Source of the DNA: Tubiluchus corallicola
Lineage: Eukaryota; Animalia; Priapulida
DNA length: 31,244 nt
NCBI GenBank assembly: GCA_030141605.1
Contig: JAQGDQ010001642.1
Span: 1 to 31,244 of the forward strand
Direction of reading: 5' to 3'
Shown: one piece after another, positions 24,401-31,244 of the stretch
How positions within the stretch are numbered: position 1 is the first letter of the stretch
Layout of the letters: each line of letters begins with the position of its first letter
Program-made: the position numbers and the translations under genes
Notes under the pieces: model-generated
What the model was told of the DNA's origin: nothing
The model's database searches: none
What the model saw: the letters and a program-made list of their open reading frames with translations, nothing else

Positions 24401-26530
24401 ACACAAAACGAAAAACAAGATTTCACTGTGGCAGCAATGACCTCACGAACGAGCAAAACACAACAGTTACAACTAACATCAACAAGTACGACAAAGACTA
24501 CAACAAGTGTTCCACTTGAGCACATTTCAGCTCTCGTTACCGGAACAGCATCAGTAGAGACTGAATGGCTTCAAGACGGAGAGCAGCAACAGCTAACACA
24601 TCGCAAAACACCGACAACCAGATTATTGTCCACATCAGTCACCAGGAAGTTGACAACCACTTCCAGTCCTGCCTCAACAACCAAAAAATCACCAGTACCT
24701 TCTAAACAAGAAGACGAAAACGAACAAAGCCAGAAAGAAAAAACAGAGAAACAGAAAGAAGGGGATAAAGATACAGAAAATCAAGAAAATGATGAAGATT
24801 ATGAAGAGGGCTATGATAAGGAACGTCAAGAAAAAGTGAAAATTGGTGAAACAGATGAAACAGTAAAGCCAACGTCACCTGCCTATACGACATCTACTGT
24901 TCGACCTTTGTTGGCTACAGAGTCTACAGCTACATTGACGTCATCAACAACAGCGATGCCTATGCCTGACTTAGCTCCATTTTACCAACCAATTTTTCGA
25001 GCTCTTCACATAAACGATCAAGAAGAAGAACACGTGTTGTTGAATTATTTAGAAGGCAAAACTGGTAAAATGCCATCAACTGCAACAATTAAATCCACCT
25101 GGAATACAGAAGCAAGAAGAGCACAAACTACAGCAGCACCAAAGGCTGCAACTGTTACGCCATCTAGACTAACAAGAGAGCATCTCTCAAGTTTAACGAA
25201 TCCAGGTACATTTTCAATTGGTACCTCTTTATCAACGACTAACCGTCAGCGAACAACCACCACGATACCAACAGCTACCTCTCTTCCAGCAGCTACCCTT
25301 CTGCCAACTGCAGACAGTGGTCAAAGCAAACAAAATACTAATATAACATGTGAGGAAACTAGTGATTGCATTTGCAAATGTAAGGTCCGGTGTGGTGATA
25401 ACAAAACCGAAAACTGCATGAAAAACTGTGAAGTAAATTGCGACGAAGAGTTATGTAAACTTAACAGAGAAAGGTTTTGCCGACCTTTGTGTGAACGTAG
25501 CTGTACAAGGAGAAACAAGAACTGTGCAAGAAGTTGTTTAGAAAATTGTAAGATGTGGAATGAATGCTTTTGTGAATGCGAGAGTAGGTGTGCAAACAAA
25601 ACTTCAGCTCATTGCAAAGTCAGCTGCAAAGCAGACTGCTCTCCAATGATGCAAATTCTCTCAGCTGCTTCATTTTCATTTACCTCCGAAGCGCCATCTA
25701 TAGTTACAAGAAAGATTCAAAAGTCGTTTGAGCCTGTCATTACCCAAAAGCCTGCAATGACCCAACTAGAAATGCCCAGCATTGCTCGAAGTATAGACAA
25801 AACTGAAGAAAGTATACCTATTTATACTGGCCCAGTTGCTGATTGTAAATTCGTTGTATGCCAGTTGGCACGCTGCCAAAAAGGCTGTGTAGAAAGCATT
25901 ATTGTGGGTAGAGGTGTAGGTGAAAATTACACAATGCTAGAAAATCTAACATGGGAAGTATGGAGAAAAGATGGCGTATCTGCTGATAAACTTAATCTGT
26001 TAGGATATATGGAGCAGATTCGCAATCACCCCATTAGTATCACAATTAATTTTAAAAAACGTGTTCCGTTTCGTGTCGGTCTAATTAGATTCAATTTTAA
26101 GGAAAGAATTGATTTTCCTTCGACAAAGGATAGAAAAACGTACGAACAAAATGTCGATCATGTAACGAAGTTACACAAAATCAAGAGCTTACTGAAAACT
26201 TCTGACATTAATTGGAAAGCAAACCGTAAACCATCAACAGCTATTCCACCCGCGCAGAGAAAAATATTATGTGCTCCACCGCTAGGTGGCAGACTACGGA
26301 ATAACGTAATCATGTTTCACTTGTTAAAACCAACATCTTTTAGTACAGTCCAGCAGGTGGAAGGCTCGTCACAAGAGCAGATAATGAATAGAAATAATGG
26401 TGTGTTTTTCGTACATTACTATAATGTTAATTACACGTTTCATCCGCCGCTTCCTGCACGGGGGGTGCGCGTCTTTCCACTAAAGTGGAAGCAGGGCTAC
26501 CAGATATTTTTTGAAGTCTTCACTTGCTAA
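18422..26530 (+). CDS. Giant secreted mucin-like, Cys-rich multidomain protein (~2702 aa) with C-terminal discoidin (F5/8 type C)-like domain; gene 1 of a tandem pair
   Basis: Uninterrupted 8.1-kb ORF. First in-frame ATG at 18422 is followed by hydrophobic KLIIWLSLALAIMG, similar to the gene 2 N-terminus. Contains 3 copies of a WxFS domain, 4 Cys ladders, Thr/Ser/Pro tracts and 3 Glu/Tyr blocks, and ends FHPPLPARGVRVFPLKWKQGYQIFFEVFTC*. The exact start is uncertain (alternatives: acceptor at 18503 or ATG 18509). Confidence 0.9.
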   Translation: MVFLYSVSPNIYLLTLNKLIIWLSLALAIMGDEEITSASNQSGSMSECTTPERAVSREFMWMFSSETRQRHKLYERDLVYRLDLDCLIPPIHLECLYNTLFHPTVSGRWPRPIVIRMSYSEYSTTQAAMPTTGQSAPTVSPSGKQTTRAKSSASGQTTRAPSSTSGQTAQRPATSGGQTTQRPATSDRQTTLAPALTGGLTAQRPATSDGQTTLAPALTGGQTVQRPATSGGQTTQRPATSGGQTTLTPALTGGQTTQRPATSGGQTTLAPALTGGQTTQRPATSGGQTTLAPALTGGQTAQPPAPTDGHILLLPFIRKDEVVVRVRRQAKDRECELTCEHLCTDKSKERRRGKNKGRSRGGARSRHRDRSKDGSNTKVRIRGRNRGRARGKDRSSKINKHRSRGKTRERNRSGKRGKTIDQKHLNCKKRCVKKCELSACKRSKFIACKTSCVNENACTGSSDINCKRKCSPYCRKGSKCLCSCEKKCTGSDEQSTCKENCKTNCGFSTQETISATKTKSNGPTSAPQSGVAINVITTTSTTTPRISTIIISSSKSNFGQRKGKYAKERGCEPMCEQLCRERGKSRGRAGGKGRGRYRNRVKEGVRGDKNRLWSRRKVKHRKNCVKRCVTKCELKGCKRRKYTACNPSCLNACTDRNDISCKRECSRHCKKESDCQCTCEVKCTGDEQFTCKENCKTDCAFSTQETISTTMPATDTKSNGPTSTTPSGVAATAAPRISSITNSAKSKFAQQAKISTEERECEFTCEHLCSDRGKNRSRSRGKGRSRYRSRGRGGMRNGRNRHGSRKKMKDRKNLNCVKSCVTKCELLGCKRRTFRTCSPSCLKVCNDKNERNCKRKCLKNCKKDSDCQCACQMRCTVDNQSSCRENCKSNCMSATEKSIPTTSPAIKTISAWTNVPSFTSVVANIKRQEPSSATAYSVELEQSTKITTTTTATATAAPTTTKTTMATTTTTTTTMTTTTTTTTTTTTIAGAATATTLKITSKKGVIPSSLSKTIAGTVAECPTMFYKIWVFSWKIRTDFFVCERQLVNKLQLPCLKRSPITIDCVYADIFRPSLRGYLPKPNITFMTAEKNSPCEAWSGHEEKDVGTKLIFDPWLTVPTSTTGMAVTSSTIQGPMSAQNKTDKQTKTQTTEVRTTAPEITKTDNSVGTSSDSAQQTENVAQPIRPLSTLTTTMATMVKTTTAATTSTVTKTTAMTTTTTTLKVSMIISPTTSTSVQTPMSPSIVSKSIDFISTSTAILTTIMPRITTMASSTIPTSTQQTKYKIMPSISSLPSHTSTVSNEGEFTSFKTKWVFSLVNLPGYQVFEREIANQMPIVCMQPPVIIECIYAKIFHPRMSGILPKPILVRMWYAEYYTTGFGVKTNTQPTFSDKVPKSVAQETSESSATTRAITATVASAKEDRLTSNLQASLSAFTNNTKAQEDYEEEKEKNYVEKKEDEYYEGEGEFKEMAEKEEKYEEEGYYKESKEDYEAEKAEAGDNKEEMKEDFIQDAHSHPISRFQTAELTASPITITVTAKAKHKPTTVKLESATTISVAPTSSNQWKQKSTVTTSTMKTNSRSTALVKSLAKTTTSSGKKVKPLLEHQGKLSQPVNKFKPTSPVFTPTFSAVTATSKLKPATATGKTRLVSVNHQNISNTLESTTSKLSPLTRTIRITNKSTTQSKPLTTTSSTTTAPIEQKEQQSIKLTPSSTISIIETGAKPTVYLKSKSTAISSKVPAELLQEKQPDVTIPRHKLPASKNTLLPTFNARKTASFKPRHTSTNTAATAPPHQTTYHKSQATKFLLTSIANPEATFRVRPALTTIKTSTSIENEEKEANQKEAIKKEKEETKFQKEKGEKYYEDVDYGKETEEKGEYYEEYYDEEGKENEEDYERGEKDGKVNETIKKEKVTLPVYNFWTKETLFASKISGTTRINKHKPAAITKKELHASTYLNHQYLKNTLKTDFTVATMTSRTSKTQQLASTSAASSSRMPTDLTQNEKQDFTVAAMTSRTSKTQQLQLTSTSTTKTTTSVPLEHISALVTGTASVETEWLQDGEQQQLTHRKTPTTRLLSTSVTRKLTTTSSPASTTKKSPVPSKQEDENEQSQKEKTEKQKEGDKDTENQENDEDYEEGYDKERQEKVKIGETDETVKPTSPAYTTSTVRPLLATESTATLTSSTTAMPMPDLAPFYQPIFRALHINDQEEEHVLLNYLEGKTGKMPSTATIKSTWNTEARRAQTTAAPKAATVTPSRLTREHLSSLTNPGTFSIGTSLSTTNRQRTTTTIPTATSLPAATLLPTADSGQSKQNTNITCEETSDCICKCKVRCGDNKTENCMKNCEVNCDEELCKLNRERFCRPLCERSCTRRNKNCARSCLENCKMWNECFCECESRCANKTSAHCKVSCKADCSPMMQILSAASFSFTSEAPSIVTRKIQKSFEPVITQKPAMTQLEMPSIARSIDKTEESIPIYTGPVADCKFVVCQLARCQKGCVESIIVGRGVGENYTMLENLTWEVWRKDGVSADKLNLLGYMEQIRNHPISITINFKKRVPFRVGLIRFNFKERIDFPSTKDRKTYEQNVDHVTKLHKIKSLLKTSDINWKANRKPSTAIPPAQRKILCAPPLGGRLRNNVIMFHLLKPTSFSTVQQVEGSSQEQIMNRNNGVFFVHYYNVNYTFHPPLPARGVRVFPLKWKQGYQIFFEVFTC
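18882..19345 (+). repeat. Coding 33-bp tandem repeat (GGQTTQRPATS / GGQTTLAPALT), ~14 units
   Basis: In-frame 11-aa units of two alternating types within gene 1. Confidence 0.93.
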
Positions 26531-26908
26531 TTTCCGAAGCAAAATGTTAGAGTGAAAACCAGATTTCTGTCATCACAAAGCGTAATTTGCATATTGCAGA
26601 AATAACGAATGTTGTGCTTAAACTGCAAAAATGACGAACGTCATGCTTTAAAACTTTAATTTAAATAATTTTTTTACGAAAAGCGCGAAAGTAAACTCAG
26701 TATCAGCGCCTGCAAATAATTACAGATGTTGGGAAAAAGTGATTAGCTTTGTAAACTTTTCGGGCCGATTTTCTGGTGAGAATTGGGGTACTCGAAGGCA
26801 GTCGCTGTGTCCAGAATCCTGACTAAGTGTGGAAGCTTGTACGTGGAAGCAAAGAAATCATATTAATTATTTAAAATTATTTGTGGTAGTAATACTTATT
26901 TTTTAATT

Positions 26909-27355
26909 ATCATCATCATCCAATGAATCATACGTCCAGGGACATGATTCTGCTCACCTCCCTATGCCAGGACTCCCTACACGCTGCAATGCTCCAAGTG
27001 CATTTATTTCTAAGGATCAATGCTGAAGTGTTTGAATCTTTCTGTGCAAAATCTAAATATGTTAACATTTGTCCTCCTGCACGTTTTTTAGCAGGTTCTA
27101 TGGCTTGTTGAAGAGCTATCTTCACTGGAATATCATCAGGTAGTCTAAGCATATGCCCAATCCATCTTAAACGGCGTCTTTTTATTTTTCTTGTCCAAGG
27201 TTCTTCTTTTATTTTTTCGTATAGATCTTTGTTTGAGATTTTCTTTGGCCATCTAATACCCAAAATGTTTCTGTAATTTTGCCTTTGAAACGCATCGATT
27301 TCAGCTTTATGATTTGCTTTTAATGTCCAGAGCTCAGAGTTATACAGAAATACAG
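26909..27355 (-). mobile_element. 5'-truncated RTE-clade LINE, copy 2
   Basis: Same family as 17131-17556 (5 differences over the 111-aa translations). Extends further 5' with VFLYNSELWTLK..IDAFQR; (GAT)n tail. Confidence 0.88.
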
Positions 27356-28074
27356 TTAATTAGTATGTTAATTAGCTTGTAAGTGACACGCTCAATCTAC
27401 GTCATATAATGAATTGAATATTAAGAAACTGATTCTGAAAGTATTAAGAATTTCAAATCTGCAGAATAATTATAACTTTCTAAAGGACATGCAACCCCAC
27501 GACCACTGTTCTAAGAAACTACACCCTTTCCCATTAAGGATGTAACAATCAAGATATCACGCAATGTCTAATTAAACAACAAGAAGAAGAAGAAGAAGAA
27601 ACAAAGTTTTCGAACCAAGAAAAAATTTAATAATTCATATTTTTTTACCAATTATAAATTTAAAATATGTTTTAGCTAATCCAAAGACGTCCAGTATCTT
27701 TTAAACTAAATCTAGCACTCATTATTACGTAATGCGCATTCTTGGGTTAGAACAAAGAGCTTAATTATTAGTAAGTTACCTCTAACGTTCCATTTTCTCC
27801 TTAGTGACAGAAATTATGAAACGCCTTTTCTCTCAAACAATGAACAGCTCAGCAACTACGAGACAATAGCTTCTTTCAAGTGTAGAATTCCTCACATTAT
27901 TCCAAATATGTTTTTCTGTTCATAGTATGAAGCAAACCGGTATTTTAAACTGTGACTACAACAATTTTTTTTCATGATTTATTATTACCGTTGACAGTGT
28001 GAAACAATATAAGATCGATCACCAAATGGCCGGAAACTTGAAAAATTATTTAGCTTTTCTTTGTTAATCTTGAG

Positions 28075-31000
28075 ATGCTGTTGGCTGACTTATACAAGAT
28101 CGCGCTATGGGTACTGCTATTTCGACAAGCACAGACACGCAGAAACAAAAATCCAACGTCGAAACTGGGGCACAGAGTCGCAGGTATAGTGTATGAATGT
28201 ACAGTACCGTATCAACCAATCTGGCTATTTTCTGGGGAGATAAAACTGGAGTACAAGGTGTACGAAAAGGACCTGGTGTACAAACTGGGCGTGGTTTGTC
28301 TAATTCCGCCGGTACACATAGAATGTTTGTACAAAGACATTTTTCATCCCATAATAAGGGGTCGCTGGCCAAGACCTCTTATTATCCGAATTCCTCACAT
28401 TGAATATGCGACTACACGTGGCCTACCATCAAGAGGGACACAGACAACGTTAACGTTGCCGTCAGAAACTGGACAGAGCACTGATGAGATTTTTTCTCCC
28501 CCTGTCTCAGAAGGTTCCAAAGTAGACACAGATGGACCAGAACAGATAGTTAATGTGAGCGTTCCCGATGTGACCACCACGGCTATGACAACAACAACAA
28601 CTGGACAAGGAACACTGTCAACTCTGTCGCCCGAAAGTTCGTCAGTTTTTACAACATCTAAAACAACACTGACACCAACTACTACACTTACTCCACTAGC
28701 AAAATGCGTGCGAATGTGCGGAAGTGACTGCACAGGTGATCAATGGGAGAAGGAAAGGTGCATGCTGTCGTGTAGAGAGAAGTGCAAGTGTCAAGTCAAT
28801 TGTGTGCCTGCGTGTGAAAGTAAATGCACCGAACCTAATGCAGATGATTGTAAGAAATATTGTACAACTATGTGCAACCGTGTGGGAAAATGTACGTGCG
28901 AGTGTAAGAGCGAGTGTATGAGCAGTAATGTTGTTGGTGGCAAGGGATGGGATGAGGAAAAAGAAGAAATTTGTGAGGAAAGCTGTAAAACAAAGTGTGG
29001 GAAAACGGAGTGTGAGAATAGGAGGCGTAACAAGTGCCAAACTTCGTGTTCTGGCTCTTGCACTGGCAAATACACAGCTGTATGTAACGAAAATTGCAGG
29101 AAGAATTGTAATACCATTAGTATTTGTTGGTGCAGCTGTCACTTTCAACATAAGTGTCAGCAAAGAAACGATAAATCCGCTTGTATAAAAGAGAGAGAAA
29201 ATTGTAGAAAAACTTGCACAGCAACAACGCCCGGAGTTACAAAAACTAGTATGACGACGACGATGACGACGACTATAGCCACAACTACTTCTACTGCTAC
29301 TACTACGCCAAGAACAACAACAACTACAACGTCAACGCCTGAACAACAGGTAGAAACAGCTACGGTGCCTGACAATAGGTTTGGAACACAATCGACCAAA
29401 CGTACACCAACATTAATAACAAGAACAACATCCACACCATCTGGACAACAGACACAAACTGTGACTGTGCCATCATTTTCCCCACAACCCACTAAATCTG
29501 TGCCAACCTCAACAACTAGCACACCATCTGGACAACAGACACAAAGTGCAACGGTTCCGTCAATTTCTTCACAACCAACTAAATCTGTGCCAACCTCAAC
29601 AACTAGCACACCATCTGGACAACAGACACAAACTGTGACTGTGCCATCATTTTCTTCACAACCCACTAAATCTGTGCCAACCTCAACAACTAGCACACCA
29701 TCTGGACAACAGACACAAACTGTGACTGTGCCATCATTTTCCCCACAACCCACTAAATCTGTGGCAACCTCAACAACTAGCACACCATCGGGACAACAGA
29801 CACAAACTGTGACTGTGCCATCAATTTCTTCAAAAACAACTAAATCTGTGCCAACTTCAACAACAACCTCAACATCTGGACAACAGACACAAAGTGCAAC
29901 AGTTCCATCAATTTCTTCACAACCAACTAAATCTGTGCCAACCTCAACAACTAGTACTACGACTACAACATTGACAACAACAACAAGAAAAACAACCTCA
30001 ACATCGGGACAACAGACACAATCTGTGACTGTGCCATCAATTTCTTCAAAAACAACTAAATCTGTGCCAACCTCAACAACTAGTACTATGACTACAACAT
30101 TGACAACAACATCTACGCCCAGGGTAACAACAACAACCTCAACATCGGGACAACAGACACAAACTGTGACTGTGCCATCAATTTCTTCAAAAACAACTAA
30201 ATCTGTGCCAACCTCAACAACTAGTAGTATGACTACAACATTGACAACAACATCTACGCCCAGGGTAACAACAACAACCTCAACATCGGGACAACAGACA
30301 CAAACTGTGACTGTGCCATCAATTTCTTCAAAAACAACTAAATCTGTGCCAACCTCAACAACTAGTAGTATGACTACAACATTGACAACAACATCTACGC
30401 CCAGGGTAACAACAACAACCTCAACATTGGGACAACAGACACAAACTGTGACTGTGCCATCAATTTCTTCACCACCAACTAAATCCGTGTCTACATTAAC
30501 AACCGGTACTACGACTATGACGATGACGACAACAACAAGAAAAACAACCTCATCATCTGGACAACAGACACAAAGTGCAACAGTTCCACCAATTTCTTCA
30601 CAACCAACTAAATCTGTGCCAACTTCAACAACAACCTCAACATCTGGACAACAGACACAAAGTGCAACAGTTCCATCAATTTCTTCAAAAACAACTAAAT
30701 CTGTGCCAACCTCAACGGCTAGTACTATGACTACAACATTGACAACAACATCTACGCCCAGGGTAACAACAACAACCTCAACATCGGGACAACAGACACA
30801 AACTGTGACTGTGCCATCAATTTCTTCAAAAACAACTAAATCTGTGCCAACCTCAACAACTAGTAGTATGACTACAACATTGACAACAACATCTACGCCC
30901 AGGGTAACAACAACAACCTCAACATCGGGACAACAGACACAAACTGTGACTGTGCCATCAATTTCTTCAAAAACAACTAAATCTGTGCCAACCTCAACAA

Positions 31001-31244
31001 CTAGTACTATGACTACAACATTGACAACAACATCTACGCCCAGGGTAACAACAACAACCTCAACATCGGGACAACAGACACAAACTGTGACTGTGCCATC
31101 AATTTCTTCAAAAACAACTAAATCTGTGCCAACCTCAACAACTAGTAGTATGACTACAACATTGACAACAACATCTACGCCCAGGGTAACAACAACAACC
31201 TCAACATTGGGACAACAGACACAAACTGTGACTGTGCCATCAAT
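28075..31244 (+). CDS. Paralogous secreted mucin-like Cys-rich protein, gene 2 (3'-incomplete, >1050 aa)
   Basis: Translated by hand; absent from the ORF track because no stop is reached. ATG 28075 follows an in-frame stop. Signal-like MLLADLYKIALWVLLFRQAQT, then the WxFS domain (WLFSGEIKLEYKVYEKDLVYKLGVVCLIPPVHIECLYKDIFHPIIRGRWPRPLIIR), a 34-Cys ladder at 28705-29217 and PTS repeats to the window end. Confidence 0.9.
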   Translation, partial: MLLADLYKIALWVLLFRQAQTRRNKNPTSKLGHRVAGIVYECTVPYQPIWLFSGEIKLEYKVYEKDLVYKLGVVCLIPPVHIECLYKDIFHPIIRGRWPRPLIIRIPHIEYATTRGLPSRGTQTTLTLPSETGQSTDEIFSPPVSEGSKVDTDGPEQIVNVSVPDVTTTAMTTTTTGQGTLSTLSPESSSVFTTSKTTLTPTTTLTPLAKCVRMCGSDCTGDQWEKERCMLSCREKCKCQVNCVPACESKCTEPNADDCKKYCTTMCNRVGKCTCECKSECMSSNVVGGKGWDEEKEEICEESCKTKCGKTECENRRRNKCQTSCSGSCTGKYTAVCNENCRKNCNTISICWCSCHFQHKCQQRNDKSACIKERENCRKTCTATTPGVTKTSMTTTMTTTIATTTSTATTTPRTTTTTTSTPEQQVETATVPDNRFGTQSTKRTPTLITRTTSTPSGQQTQTVTVPSFSPQPTKSVPTSTTSTPSGQQTQSATVPSISSQPTKSVPTSTTSTPSGQQTQTVTVPSFSSQPTKSVPTSTTSTPSGQQTQTVTVPSFSPQPTKSVATSTTSTPSGQQTQTVTVPSISSKTTKSVPTSTTTSTSGQQTQSATVPSISSQPTKSVPTSTTSTTTTTLTTTTRKTTSTSGQQTQSVTVPSISSKTTKSVPTSTTSTMTTTLTTTSTPRVTTTTSTSGQQTQTVTVPSISSKTTKSVPTSTTSSMTTTLTTTSTPRVTTTTSTSGQQTQTVTVPSISSKTTKSVPTSTTSSMTTTLTTTSTPRVTTTTSTLGQQTQTVTVPSISSPPTKSVSTLTTGTTTMTMTTTTRKTTSSSGQQTQSATVPPISSQPTKSVPTSTTTSTSGQQTQSATVPSISSKTTKSVPTSTASTMTTTLTTTSTPRVTTTTSTSGQQTQTVTVPSISSKTTKSVPTSTTSSMTTTLTTTSTPRVTTTTSTSGQQTQTVTVPSISSKTTKSVPTSTTSTMTTTLTTTSTPRVTTTTSTSGQQTQTVTVPSISSKTTKSVPTSTTSSMTTTLTTTSTPRVTTTTSTLGQQTQTVTVPS
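29430..31244 (+). repeat. Coding mucin VNTR: 87-bp (29-aa) units grading into 141-bp (47-aa) units
   Basis: TPSGQQTQTVTVPSFSPQPTKSVPTSTTS with period 87 (29521, 29608). Longer unit with period 141 (30121, 30262, 30403; 30760, 30901, 31042, 31183). Confidence 0.95.

Noticed and set aside
18775-29783. Numerous minus-strand and alternate-frame ORFs over the two giant genes
   Set aside because: Shadows of ACA/AGA-rich repetitive coding sequence; no independent motifs.

Overview
Eukaryotic (metazoan, probably invertebrate bilaterian) AT-rich, microsatellite-rich genomic DNA; no prokaryotic features or CRISPR. The left half (1-~15.8 kb) holds the last three coding exons of a + strand class A neuropeptide-type GPCR (TM6, TM7/NPxxY, C-tail). 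Its introns and upstream DNA are packed with SSRs, minisatellites, two piggyBac-type MITE copies and a nested hAT-type MITE/foldback element. The right half holds two tandem, apparently intronless, paralogous genes for giant secreted mucin-like proteins: one of ~2700 aa (18422-26530), and one starting at 28075 that runs off the window and is missing from the ORF track. Both have a signal peptide, a ~75-aa 'WxFS..E..L..C..PP..C.Y..F.P..G..P.P' domain that I do not recognise, CxxxCxxxC cysteine ladders and Thr-rich tandem repeats. Gene 1 also has Arg/Gly polycationic loops, Glu/Tyr polyanionic blocks, an RVRR furin site and a C-terminal discoidin (F5/8C)-like end. This looks like an adhesive, mucus or cement protein family; the function is an inference. 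Two 5'-truncated RTE LINE copies flank gene 1.
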